The position numbers and the translations under genes were made by a program. A stretch of 63,865 nucleotides of DNA, the filler included, from Octopus bimaculoides (taxonomy: Eukaryota), in assembly GCF_001194135.2 (NCBI RefSeq). It is 5 parts of 4 records of this genome, joined end to end, with 100 filler letters (N's around TTAATTAATTAA, not from the genome) between each part and the next. Parts side by side here need not be neighbours in the genome. Positions count along the whole stretch, not along the records: positions 1 to 9,427 come from NC_068983.1; positions 9,528 to 23,287 come from NC_068985.1; 3 more parts are not named here. One strand, written 5' to 3'. The notes beneath the pieces were generated by a model. That model saw nothing but the letters and a program-made list of their open reading frames with translations. It had not been told where the DNA came from and did no database searches. Below, in pieces: positions 1 to 12,384 of the stretch (positions are counted from its first letter, which is position 1; the number at the start of each line of letters is the position of its first letter).

Positions 1-74
1 ATAAGTAACAAATTATACTCTACTTAGATGTGAAGTTGATATACAACTAAAGACATGACATAACCAAATCATAC

Positions 75-250
75 ATGCAGGCACGAAACGATACACTGAC
101 GCACACACTCACACATACGCACACACATACATACATACATTACATACATGCACACATGTATATACGCGCACACACACACACACATATATATAACAGTCAC
201 ATATTTATATGCAATATTATACTATCTATCTATCTATTAATATATATATA
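75..250. repeat. (CA)n/(TA)n/(CATA)n microsatellite; representative of dozens of similar arrays across the window
   Basis: Direct reading. Most N gaps are flanked by (TA)n, and the THTH/YIYI/CVCV ORFs are translations of these arrays. Confidence 0.95.
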
Positions 251-2951
251 NNNNNNNNNNNNNNNNNNNNNNNNNNNNNNNNNNNNNNNNNNNNNNNNNN
301 NNNNNNNNNNNNNNNNNNNNNNNNNNNNNNNNNNNNNNNNNNNNNNNNNNNNNNNNNNNNNNNNNNNNNNNNNNNNNNNNNNNNNNNNNNNNNNNNNNNN
401 NNNNNNNNNNNNNNNNNNNNNNNNNNNNNNNNNNNNNNNNNNNNNNNNNNNNNNNNNNNNNNNNNNNNNNNNNNNNNNNNNTATATAGTTAGTCTTAACA
501 GTCTTTCGATTGCGTTTGTTTCTAGCCTGCATATTATTTTTTCATCTAAGCGGAATTCCATACTTGTTCGTAGGAAAAAGTTACGTATAAGTGGAATTTA
601 TACTATTTAATTAATTTCTCATTTCAATATCCTTTTGAAGAATTAATCTCTTCACAACAAATTATCGCTGATCCTGCTTCCTTTCTGACAGTTGCCTCAA
701 GAAATGCTTTCAAACGTCATGTCTTTAAATGTAAGCTGATTAGTCTTCAGCTTTCTGCCAAAATACAAAGTATTAAATTTCTAAACGAGAAGACAATTAT
801 GAAAATATGACGAGACTGAAGAAATGATAACAAGTGAATAACGGAATATTCTCCTGCAGCTGCACAGAAAGGAAATTCATCCTTTATTTTCTCTTACTTT
901 TATTGTTTGTTAAAGGAAAAGTCACTGTGAATTGAGGAAGTGCAGAAACTCAAGTTTAATGCGTCGTCTAATCCTTGTTAATGTAGTTTTTTTTAATACG
1001 ACTTGCACAATGCTAATGCTTGGTAAAAAAAAAAAAAATGGAGTGGCCTCAGCTACATCAATCTGTCCCAGGTGGGATAATAGAGAAGAGTCAATAACGC
1101 GCCCCCTGAAGTGGTTGATTTAGTAGATCCGAGTTAGGCATATATTTACAAGTTCTACTCTCTGCTAACAAATATTTTTCGATGTTTTCGCGAATTCCCA
1201 TGATTTTCCTTCTCCGTCCGATTCCATTATTATGAATTTGAATTGGGAGTTTGTGTCATAGTGAATCTGTCACAACCATGGACATCACCCCTATGGATGC
1301 GTTGCAGTTACCCTCTTAACAGAATTTGGTGATCCTGACCATTGGTTTTCTGGGATTCCTCTGCTCAGCATCAATGTAAGAAGCACCGTCGATCAGTTGA
1401 ACTCTTCCGCTACCTCTTCATAATCTGCCATAATGCAGTTTCATGACTTCGCAGTATCCCTGATATATATATATATATATGCAGATATTTATTTAATTAT
1501 GTACGTATGTATTTATGCATGAGAGGTGTTTGTGTATCTGTATTCATAAAGACAAATACTCAGATACACAAGGAATAAGTGCGATCATATGGCGTTTATT
1601 TTTGTTTCAAAGGTACTTGTACAAATAGAGAAATCTAAAAAGCTCTCCCTGCCTCTGTGATACTGTCTTTGTTATAATTTGAAGCGGCCTCATCATAAAA
1701 AGCTGCGTGATGATTTTAAAGTTATAGAACTCTTGAATCAGATTCCAAATGCCGATTGAAGTTACATCATTTCACGTGTATTCTGTGACCGTTTTTCCCT
1801 ATTCTTTTCGAAATAACCCATTAACAGATATCGATTAACACAATAACAAGAAGTTAAGCAGTTCACTTCATCATGTATGTATGGCGACGAAAATAAAACA
1901 AATATATTGTGAATGCTCTTTTGAACCACATCAGCTTGATTCAAAAGATCTATGTTTAAAGGAGTTTCAGTTGCATTTACCAGGGATGTTTTATTTATTC
2001 AGAACTGCCGTTACTAATGTTCCCTCCTTTAAGGTATACGATGTGTTTGGGAGTGACTTTTTTTTTTTTTTGGTAACTTCTAGCAGGTTAAAATTTAACG
2101 ATCCCCTCTAGCTTGTACATTTAATATGTCAAATTCAATATTTCTAGACGATAATATATTTTATACCACGTATTGGTGAAATGTAATATATAGTAAGGGA
2201 TATCTAGCGTGTAATACGTATAGTATACGTGTATATAACTCCACATACACATACTTTATCCAACAGCCCCGTATACACACATCGACTGATGACAGGGGCA
2301 CGCACACTCGCTCACATACAGACGTACATGCATACATACGCATAAACACACACGCGTGCGCGCACATATGTCCGGCTTTTTATACACCCATACACCTGAA
2401 AACGATACAGCAACATACGCACTTGCATACACTCTACACGCACAAACTTTACAGGCTGCTATACGCATGCGTTTGCAGGCGCACACACATGTATATATAT
2501 ATATATATATATNNNNNNNNNNNNNNNNNNNNNNNNNNNNNNNNNNNNNNNNNNNNNNNNNNNNNNNNNNNNNNNNNNNNNNNNNNNNNNNNNNNNNNNN
2601 NNNNNNNNNNNNNNNNNNNNNNNNNNNNNNNNNNNNNNNNNNNNNNNNNNNNNNNNNNNNNNNNNNNNNNNNNNNNNNNNNNNNNNNNNNNNNNNNNNNN
2701 NNNNNNNNNNNNNNNNNNNNNNNNNNNNNNNNNNNNNNNNNNNNNNNNNNNNNNNNNNNNNNNNNNNNNNNNNNNNNNNNNNNNNNNNNNNNNNNNNNNN
2801 NNNNNNNNNNNNNNNNNNNNNNNNNNNNNNNNNNNNNNNNNNNNNNNNNNNNNNNNNNNNNNNNNNNNNNNNNNNNNNNNNNNNNNNNNNNNNNNNNNNN
2901 NNNNNNNNNNNNNNNNNNNNNNNNNNNNNNNNNNNNNNNNNNNNNNNNNNN

Positions 2952-2984
<33 letters not shown>

Positions 2985-3020
2985 CGTGACGGGCTTTAAG
3001 ATTCTGTCTACCAAATCCAC

Positions 3021-3178
3021 CCAGGTTCGAAATTTCCCCAAGGCGCCTGATGAAGGCTGGAACGTATATCAGCCGAAACGTTGTGTTAACAACAAACAAG
3101 ATGATGACAAATATCTGTCAAATGTAAATGATGTAAATAATGTACATAATTCCTGATCTCTTAAATATAGAACTGTAT
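3021..3178 (+). mobile_element. Short hammerhead-bearing retroelement (Penelope solo pLTR / retrozyme-like) with 12-bp TSD
   Basis: TACCAAATCCAC is duplicated at 3009-3020 and 3179-3190; the insert contains a hammerhead core. Confidence 0.75.
3042..3087 (+). ncRNA. Minimal type I hammerhead ribozyme
   Basis: CTGATGA 3047-3053; stem II GGCTG/CAGCC; GAAA 3075-3078; palindromic AACGTT replacing stem III; stem I GGCGC/GTGTT (wobble pairs). Confidence 0.7.
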
Positions 3179-3938
3179 TACCAAATCCACATTTGGTTGG
3201 ACCGAGCCTATGGTAAAAGACACTTGCCCAAGTATCCACGCTGTGGGACTGAACCTGAAACTATGTGTTTGGGAAGCAAATCCCTTACCATACAGACATG
3301 CCTACGCCTACACATACACACACACACACACATGCACGTACGCCCCACCCCACATATTTCAGCACGAGAGCTGCCACACATTCACTAAACCTTCCTTGAT
3401 ATGTGGTATTTGGTGTATGAGGGAGTCTGATGTTGCTGCCCTCACCTTTGTTTCTTGCCACGAATGAGGTTCATCCGGAACTCTTGACAGGGACACATGC
3501 ACCACCACCACCACCACCACCACCACCACCACCACCGCAACTAATACACCACATACCTCACACTACACACCACTCACCAAGTACATCCACAACTCTTTCA
3601 TCATGTGATTTTCCACTCGTTTTACACTCCACCCAAAATATATCTAGTTTGTTTTGAAGATACCTACATTCATTCAATTTAGGCTTCTTAGGCTTTTTGG
3701 GAGGATACTGAACGGCCCTTGAAACACAACTGTTGCAGTATCTGGTCCTGTATTTTTATGGCGATGTTGGAGTCTTTGGTACTATGCAGTGGCGCCCCGT
3801 TCTGCTGTTTGTGTTGCAATGCCAAAGTTAGATATAAGTTCTTCTAGGATTTTCCAGGCTTATATCATTGTATATATTTCCCGCCCTCTTTCTAGGGAGT
3901 AGCGTCTTAACTTTTTATTTTTATATATACATACATGC

Positions 3939-3969
<31 letters not shown>

Positions 3970-4099
3970 TGTATACATGTTGATACATATGCATATGTGC
4001 ACATATATATATGATGGACTCTCAAGTCGTTAGACGACGTATGAGGATTCAACAATTTCTTACCAAACAACCACACATAGGATTTGTTTATAGTGATTA

Positions 4100-4263
4100 C
4101 CTGTACAGGTGCAATAAGTGCCACATGTCGAAATGCTCGCAGAGCAAGGTGAAATGAAATGAAGTGCTTTGCTCAAGAACACAACGCAACGCCCGGTCTG
4201 GGAATTGAACCCACGATTTTGCAATCGTGTGTGCAACAGCTTAACCACTAAGCCATGCGCCTT
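4100..4263 (-). mobile_element. tRNA-derived CORE-type SINE
   Basis: Reverse complement has A/B-box-like head GGCGCATGGCTTAGTGGTTAAG...GGGTTCAATTCCC followed by TTCTTGAGCAAAGCACTT. Confidence 0.8.
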
Positions 4264-4265
4264 CT

Positions 4266-4304
<39 letters not shown>

Positions 4305-4911
4305 TTACATATATGCACATATGCATGTATATATATATATATATATATATGCATATATGCCTATATATATGTATGTGTGAGTGTGTGTGTGTGTGTGTGA
4401 ATGTATGTATGCTTGTTTAAATACAGTCTCATACAGAAACATACAGACAGATACACAGACAAAACGGCCATCACCACCCCACACACACACATACAGGCAC
4501 CACTACCGCAACCAGCACACCACACACCACTCACACACACACACGTACATACAAAATTCTATCATCATGTGATTTTACCACTCGTTTTACCCTCCGCCAA
4601 AACTATTCCAGTTCTAAGATTCACCAAAGAAGAAACTTAAAGAAGTTTACAAACGTTCTGTTAACATATTCTCATCTCTTGGAACCGTCTAATAAAGCAG
4701 CTTTCAGCATTTGAACACCTTTTACCTATTATATTCCTTACTATCATCACCCTGCACACCCTACCTCATTCCCCTTAATTTTTTTTTCTTTTTCTTATTA
4801 CACACATATCTTTCAAACTCAACGCCATCTCTCAACACTACACCGCTTATTTATTTCTTACAATTCCGTTTGTTGGTGATATTTATGTTATTGGTGTTTG
4901 TTGTGGTGGGG

Positions 4912-4966
<55 letters not shown>

Positions 4967-5137
4967 AGTGTTGATGCGATTGTGTCGGCAGCAGTTGTAG
5001 TAGTGTTGGTGGTGGTGATGGTGGTGTTTTATTCTGTAGCATTGTTTAACCTTTTATTCATACTCTCCCTCCCCTTCTTTTTTTCTCTCTCTCTCTCTGT
5101 CTGACTGTCTCTCTCTCCCTCTTTCTCTCATTCATAC

Positions 5138-5186
<49 letters not shown>

Positions 5187-5574
5187 TCTCTCTCTCTCTT
5201 TTCATTACCTTCATCTTTTTAAACGCTTCATCTAAAACTTTATTTCCCTACACTTTTTCCTCCGCTTCTACGTCTTTTCCATATTTTTCTTCTTTCTCGC
5301 TATTATTTCTTCTTCTTCTTCTTCTTCTTCTTCTTCTTCTTCTTCTTCTTCTTCNNNNNNNNNNNNNNNNNNNNNNNNNNNNNNNNNNNNNNNNNNNNNN
5401 NNNNNNNNNNNNNNNNNNNNNNNNNNNNNNNNNNNNNNNNNNNNNNNNNNNNNNNNNNNNNNNNNNNNNNNNNNNNNNNNNNNNNNNAGCTACTCTATTT
5501 TTACTATATTATCATTATGAAGCATGTAATGATAATTATAACGACAAGCGTGTCATAATGCTTTAGCAGTAGTT

Positions 5575-5607
<33 letters not shown>

Positions 5608-5688
5608 CGGGGAATTCGACAGGTGGAAACTGTACAAAAGCCTGCCGTGTTTGTGTGTTTGCATGTGTTCGTGCGTGTCCGTGCATAG

Positions 5689-5725
<37 letters not shown>

Positions 5726-5749
5726 TGTCTTACTTTGCGTGTCATTTTG

Positions 5750-6450
5750 TGTGTTCTTTCACAATCAGTTTTAACTCCACTCCTGTCTTTTGGTCAAATT
5801 ATTTATTTCATCAGCTTTCATTTCCGAACACATTTTCATTTTCTGTTAAGACTTTATTCATCTCCATCTTCCAACAATTCTCTTTTGTTCCTTACGTGAC
5901 TCAACTAGCCAAGTTTCAGCCGAAATTCATTCCGTTTTCTTATTCGTTTTTTTTTTCTTTGTAGTTCTTCTGCCCAGAATTCGCTTGGCCTCGCTATAGT
6001 ATAACTTCTTACACTATTCTACACGCCGTTGATATCTATATCATCATATTTATAGCTTCAACCATTACAAATCGATTTCCTGACAAATTCATCTTTAATT
6101 CGGTTGTCTTCCAGTTTGTCTATATGAAGCTGGTAATCCATTGCTTGTTCTTAGCTTTCAGTTTTAACCGAATTACTATTACTAACTGATAGCCACTTGC
6201 GATATCTGTCCTTATTACTAACTGGTCTCCACTTCTGGCATTTTTCCGTTTCAATCTGAGAGTCACTTCCGGTGTCTTTCCTTACTATGTTACTGATCGT
6301 CACTTCCAGTACTTGTCCCTGTTGGAAACTGATGGCCACTTCCGGTATCTTTCCTATTTCTAATTGATGGTCCTTTCCGGAATCTGTATCTCCATGTGTT
6401 TTAATATACAGCAGCAATTTCTCATGTTGTCGACATACCAAAACATAATT
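5750..6450 (-). mobile_element. Degenerate RTE-like LINE ORF fragment (end of endonuclease plus linker)
   Basis: Minus-strand translation gives YIKTHGDTDSGKDHQLEIGKI (like the GADCGSDH motif), then LHIDKLEDNRIKDEF, AKRILGRRTTKKK and ETWLVESRKEQK, with stops and frameshifts. Confidence 0.55.
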
Positions 6451-6535
6451 TAACGGACTCGGATTATCTTCGTAGTATTTGTTTTGGTTAGTAATGAAAC
6501 ATTAAAAATACAACGAGTTTGATGAAATAATCAAC

Positions 6536-7005
6536 GGTGTGAGATTAACGGTAAATATAAAAAATATAAAATTGGATGATGGAGCAAGTGAATAGAATAA
6601 AAATGTCATTAAATGTAACTTCAAATATCTTGGAACTTTTATAGAAAATGATCTGACGAGAAACTAAAATTAAAGATTTTATGTAGACAAATCAAATAAT
6701 GAGAATGCTTTCAAATGTGTGAGAATCACATAGAACTGGGATTCGCAAGAAAATTAAATACGCATAAATATGCCACTAGTAAAAATTAAATTTAAAAATA
6801 AATCATTACGAAGCATCTTGGGAGCCAAATTGTACGATTTTGTGTGAAGCGAAATATTCCGAGAGAACGAAAATACATTGTATGCATGAAAGCAACGAGG
6901 ACGATTAGACGGTGGTGGATAGATCGAGTGATGCAGTTGGGACAGGGCGATTAGCACATCAGAAAGGAAACTGGGAAGTCCAAGTGACTAGAAGGTGAGG
7001 TTTAT
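6536..7005 (+). mobile_element. Degenerate RTE-like LINE, RT C-terminal region
   Basis: LTVNIKNIKL...NFKYLGTFIEND (FKYLG at 6620-6634), SLRSILGAKLYDFV (6806-6823), KQRGR..RRWWIDRV; multiple stops. Confidence 0.65.
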
Positions 7006-7550
7006 TTGGTTAAGAACAATACCAACCTACTAGTTTGAGAACAATACATTTACAGAGAGAGGGAGGGAGAGAGAGAGAGGGAGAGACGGAGGAGATCATG
7101 AGTCACCTGAGAGTAAAGCGAAGGTATAGAAATAAAAGGAGTGGCGAGAAAACATGGAGGCTATTTGCATTAAGTGGTGTTGGAAGTAGTAAGAGTAACA
7201 GCAGCAGTAACTAACAATATCCAAAATTCTAACAATATCAGCGCGTGTGTATGTGTAAGTATTGTGTGTATGCGCGTGTTTGTGTGTATATCTCTGAGTG
7301 CGCGTGTGTGTATGCCTTTGCGCGCGTATATGTCGTATATGGGTATGTTTATGATTACAGCGCAGGGACAATTATGTCCGGTAAGATGGTGGTACGATAA
7401 AATAGATTCGAAAACTGTACCAAACACAAATATCTACTTAGCTCGAAATAATCGATAACAAACACCCGCAGACACTGCCTCAGAGGGGTTGCGGACCAAT
7501 AATAAACGAATAGAGAGAAAGGGAAAATAATAATAATGATACTTCCTACA

Positions 7551-7629
7551 ACAGGCACAGGGCCTGGTACTTATTTTATCGACCCCCGAAAAAAATGAAA
7601 GGCAAAGTAGGCCTCGGCAGAATTTGGAA

Positions 7630-7710
<81 letters not shown>

Positions 7711-7730
7711 AAGAAGAAGAAGAAGAAGAA
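7551..7730 (-). mobile_element. Meta-like-domain SINE fragment followed by (TAA)n(GAA)n array
   Basis: CTGGTACTTATTTTATCGACCCCCGAAAAAAATGAAAGGCAAAGT matches the family at 60-63 kb. Confidence 0.7.
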
Positions 7731-7976
7731 GACGAAAATACTTCTCTATGAAGTAATGTTCCGGGAGAAATGATCTCTGTCTGAGAAGTGCAAGATTCTA
7801 TTACCGCATTTTACAATCCTAGAAAGAAGAATGGAACATCTTCGAGTGTCAATTGTTGCGGGGGGATGGGGAGAAAAGACATACATAGATGCATGCATGC
7901 ATGCATACACACGCACACATATATACGCATGTATGTATGTACATACATGCGCATATATATAAATGTGTGCGCGCGC

Positions 7977-8032
<56 letters not shown>

Positions 8033-8627
8033 AAGTATGTATGTATATATATATATAATTATATAATTATATTCTTGGGAATAGAAATTTCCCTTATGAA
8101 TTTTTTTACACACTGGCTTCCNNNNNNNNNNNNNNNNNNNNNNNNNNNNNNNNNNNNNNNNNNNNNNNNNNNNNNNNNNNNNNNNNNNNNNNNNNNNNNN
8201 NNNNNNNNNNNNNNNNNNNNNNNNNNNNNNNNNNNNNNNNNNNNNNNNNNNNNNNNNNNNNNNNNNNNNNNNNNNNNNNNNNNNNNNNNNNNNNNNNNNN
8301 NNNNNNNNNNNNNNNNNNNNNNNNNNNNNNNNNNNNNNNNNNNNNNNNNNNNNNNNNNNNNNNNNNNNNNNNNNNNNNNNNNNNNNNNNNNNNNNNNNNN
8401 NNNNNNNNNNNNNNNNNNNNNNNNNNNNNNNNNNNNNNNNNNNNNNNNNNNNNNNNNNNNNNNNNNNNNNNNNNNNNNNNNNNNNNNNNNNNNNNNNNNN
8501 NNNNNNNNNNNNNNNNNNNNNNNNNNNNNNNNNNNNNNNNNNNNNNNNNNNNNNNNNNNNNNNNNNNNNNNNNNTTATATAATTATATATATATATACAT
8601 ATATATATATATTGGGTATTTATGAGG

Positions 8628-8780
8628 TGCTTCTTCCAGTTTCCGTCTTTCAAACCCACTCACAACGCAGAGAGCTCTGGTACTTTGGTCAGCCGAGGGT
8701 TATGGTAGAAGACATCTACCCAAGGTGCTGCGCCGTGGAACTGATCACAAGATCACATGGTTGGAAAGCAAGCTTCTTAT
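8628..8780 (-). mobile_element. tRNA-derived CORE-type SINE 5' part
   Basis: CAGTTTCCGTCT..AAACCCACTCAC..AGAAGACA..CCCAAGGTGC..CACATGGTTGGAAAGCAAGCTTCT. Confidence 0.7.
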
Positions 8781-9393
8781 ATACATATATAATTATATAA
8801 GAATTCTGTTTAGCCGTGGCGAACAACCAGTTGTTAGCGCACAATATATTTATATTTTACAGTAAGCCATTAGGTCAGCGCAGATCGTACGTACACATTT
8901 ATACATTAAACATATATGTGTGTATATGGAAATATACACACATGGACATATATGTGTATATAAACACACATACGGAGATACACACACACATAAATGTCTA
9001 TATGTGTGTGCATACGTGTGAGCACATATGTATGCATACATGTAGCAAATGCACAAGGTCAAACAAAAGGAGACAGCTTTCTAGGTTATATCTATTATTT
9101 TTCAGTTGATTAAAATAAAATATTATGGTATGTCTATAAAAATAAAACTAAATTAGACAATCCAAATAATTATTGACATAAATGAATGAATGAACGACTT
9201 TTAATCTTCTTATGGAGGAACCATTATACAAATAGTAGCAAACACTAAAGCCAAACACGGGATAAACAGTCTCAATGTTAAATAAACTATAGATATCCTT
9301 GCCGACACTTGGGTAGATCAATATTACGCGACCTTATTCGCGTACAATGATCTATATGTATGTACATATGCATATGCATATATATGTGTGTGA

Positions 9394-9427
<34 letters not shown>

Positions 9428-9471
9428 NNNNNNNNNNNNNNNNNNNNNNNNNNNNNNNNNNNNNNNNNNNN

Positions 9472-9483
9472 TTAATTAATTAA
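9472..9483. other. Artificial scaffold-join linker (44 N + TTAATTAATTAA + 44 N); also at 23332-23343, 52236-52247 and 59559-59570
   Basis: Identical 100-bp spacer occurs four times; the linker has stop codons in all six frames. Confidence 0.9.
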
Positions 9484-9527
9484 NNNNNNNNNNNNNNNNN
9501 NNNNNNNNNNNNNNNNNNNNNNNNNNN

Positions 9528-9558
9528 GACAGGCACTTTTATCTCCAGCCAAAATATG
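9528..9558 (+). promoter_or_regulatory. Candidate first exon: pyrimidine tract, ATG, splice donor
   Basis: CTTTTATCTCCAGCCAAAATATG|GTAAGA (ATG 9556-9558), followed by CpG-rich sequence and then a CpG-depleted domain. Confidence 0.4.
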
Positions 9559-9990
9559 GTAAGATATTTTTCTTTTCATTTGAAAAGAAAGATACGGCTG
9601 GAGAGAAAGTGCTTGTCAGAGAAAGTGTTTCGATCTAGATGGAAGCATGTCGCACGAGAGTTGCGAGTGAAAGAGAGCAATTGAATACGCCATAAGTGTC
9701 TTCAAAAGTGTCAGTGGTGGGATGGGGCTCGTGGGGTCGGAGCGAAACCCAGTCCCCCACTTCATTGTTCTATGTTGGTTTTTGTTTTTGTATACCATTC
9801 GATTTAAACCGATTTTCATTGTAATTTTTAATTGCTAAATTTTTATTTTACGTCGATTTTATTGTGTAACCATGTTTTTATTTGACCCCAAATCAGATGT
9901 ATTGTCCCTTCTATGTTTTGCCCCTTGTGGGTAATAAAGAGATTTCTTTTTCTTTTTCCTGGTGCCTTCGTTGATGTTTGTGTGTGTTCT

Positions 9991-10074
9991 TTACCCTGAA
10001 GAGGGAGTTATCATTAGTTTGTGCTCTATTGTGCTCTAAATACGGTGATATACCCCCGAAATGGCCATAGGTGT
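9991..10074 (+). ncRNA. Minimal type I hammerhead ribozyme with long stem II, in a T-rich Penelope-like segment
   Basis: TTACC-CTGAAGA (9996-10002); imperfect stem II GGGAGTTATCA.../...TGATATACCCC; GAAA 10058-10061; palindrome ATGGCCAT; AUA site ending at 10069; stem I partner GGTG. Confidence 0.65.
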
Positions 10075-11384
10075 TTTATGTTTGTATTCTGACCTATATT
10101 TGTAATCCATTGTAAATGATGTTAAATTATGGTTTGACTTTACCGATGTTACCTGCTGGATGTTGGTTTAATGTATCGACTTGTGTGCCTTGATTTTCTT
10201 GGACTTAAATTATGTTGATGGTGAAATATGGATTTTACTTTGTTACACATTGGATGTTGTGTTATGTCGTCCTGTGTACTTTGGTATTCCTGTGTATGAA
10301 TTACGAAATTGGATTTTACCTGCTAAATTTGCTGTCATGAGGGAAGTAATGAACTTTCGTACAATTTAAATTAAACTTCTTTTATTAGCTATTAACCTCA
10401 ATGAATGAACTATTTTACTTCGTTTCCCTATGTATTATTTTTTTTCTCTATATTATTTTTTCTATATATATATTTTTTTTATTCCACTATATCTGTACCG
10501 GTCTATAATATTTTTAATCAACTTTTTAGTCGCAGTTTATTTATTTATGTTATTCTATTATATTTTTAATCGATTTTATTTCTTATGTATAAAAATTTTG
10601 GCTTCCCTTTGCTAATTTGGTTTTGTGGTTTATGCTGTACTTCTTATATGTGGTCATTGGTGGGCTGTGGCTTTTTGAGTCGATGACCTAACGGTTTTAT
10701 TCTGCAATTAACTTTATATATATATATATATATANNNNNNNNNNNNNNNNNNNNNNNNNNNNNNNNNNNNNNNNNNNNNNNNNNNNNNNNNNNNNNNNNN
10801 NNNNNNNNNNNNNNNNNNNNNNNNNNNNNNNNNNNNNNNNNNNNNNNNNNNNNNNNNNNNNNNNNNNNNNNNNNNNNNNNNNNNNNNNNNNNNNNNNNNN
10901 NNNNNNNNNNNNNNNNNNNNNNNNNNNNNNNNNNNNNNNNNNNNNNNNNNNNNNNNNNNNNNNNNNNNNNNNNNNNNNNNNNNNNNNNNNNNNNNNNNNN
11001 NNNNNNNNNNNNNNNNNNNNNNNNNNNNNNNNNNNNNNNNNNNNNNNNNNNNNNNNNNNNNNNNNNNNNNNNNNNNNNNNNNNNNNNNNNNNNNNNNNNN
11101 NNNNNNNNNNNNNNNNNNNNNNNNNNNNNNNNNNNNNNNNNNNNNNNNNNNNNNNNNNNNNNNNNNNNNNNNNNNNNNNNNNNNNNNNNNNNNNNNNNNN
11201 NNNNNNNNNNNNNNNNNNNNNNNNNNNNNNNNNNNNNNNNNNNNNNNNNNNNNNNNNNNNNNNNNNNNNNNNNNNNNNNNNNNNNNNNNNNNNNNNNNNN
11301 NNNNNNNNNNNNNNNNNNNNNNNNNNNNNNNNNNNNNNNNNNNNNNNNNNNNNNNNNNNNNNTATATATATATATATCTTTTAT

Positions 11385-11765
11385 TTGTTTCATTCATTAG
11401 ACTGCGGCCATTCTGGGGCACAGCTTTGAAGGATTTTAGTTGGACAAATTGACCCCAGGACGTTTTTTAAGCTTGCTACTTATTCTGTCAGTCTTTTTTG
11501 CCAAACCACTAAGTTATGTTATATAAACAACAAAAACCAGTTGTTTAGCAGTGTAGGGGACAAACACAGACTCAAATATATACACATACACACACACATG
11601 ATGGGCCTCTTTCAGTTTCTGTCTACCAAATTCACTCAAAAGGCTTTGGTCAGCCCAAGGCTAGAGTAGAAGACACTTACCCAAGGTGCCATACAGTGGG
11701 ACTGAACCCAAAACCAGGTGTGTGGTATGGAAGCAAACTTCTTACCACACACCCACACAAGCACC
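11385..11765 (-). mobile_element. Composite tRNA SINE (CORE head + internal (TG)n + 3' domain), CpG-decayed; a second 3' half at about 11785-11975
   Basis: Same architecture as 21690-22082 and 59725-60105; many CG>TG/CA changes. Confidence 0.75.
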
Positions 11766-12064
11766 TATGACACATATCTTTGATCTTTTGTGTTTCAGTT
11801 ATTAGAATGTGGCCTTTAAGAATTTTAGTTGAATGAATCAACTTCAGTATGTATTTTTAAAGCCTGGTATTTATTCTGTTGGTCTCTTTTGCTGAACTGC
11901 TAAGCTGCTGGGATGTAAACACACCTACACCAGTTGTCAAGCAGTGGTTGTGAACAAACGCACATGCAAAGTCACACACACACATTTATATGTGTATGTG
12001 TGTGTGTGTGTGCTGTGAGAAAAATTTTCAGAGGAGTTACAGATAATTCACAAATGTGAATTTT

Positions 12065-12384
12065 GTTTCCTCATAACTTTCATGAAAATAGATATATTTT
12101 GATGAAATTTTCTAAAAATACCTTTCAGATGGTATAGGTTACAATTTATTGGAATTCAATGTGAAAAAAAACAAGAAAAAAAACAAGTGAGCACACATAC
12201 ATACACACTGATGCATATCAATTACATCTATAAAACGAAACTGGAAATTAAAAAAAAATTTATGTGATGTGTCAGTTTTTTTTTCCACATTAAATTCTGA
12301 GATAATAATCTACACCATCTGAAAGGTATTTGCAGAAAGTTTTATTAAAAAAAATATTCATCTTTCTGAAAATTATGAAGAAAC
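12065..12384. mobile_element. MITE with about 110-bp imperfect terminal inverted repeats
   Basis: 12065-12172 is the reverse complement of 12275-12384 (shared core AAATACCTTTCAGATGGT). Confidence 0.75.

Larger units (their letters stand above)
2988..3308 (-). mobile_element. tRNA-derived CORE-type SINE (5' part), interrupted by a 158-bp insertion
   Basis: Reverse complement matches the SINE head seen at 42328-42495 (CORE-like CTTGGGCAAGTGTCTT ... GTGGATTTGGTAGAC). Confidence 0.8.
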
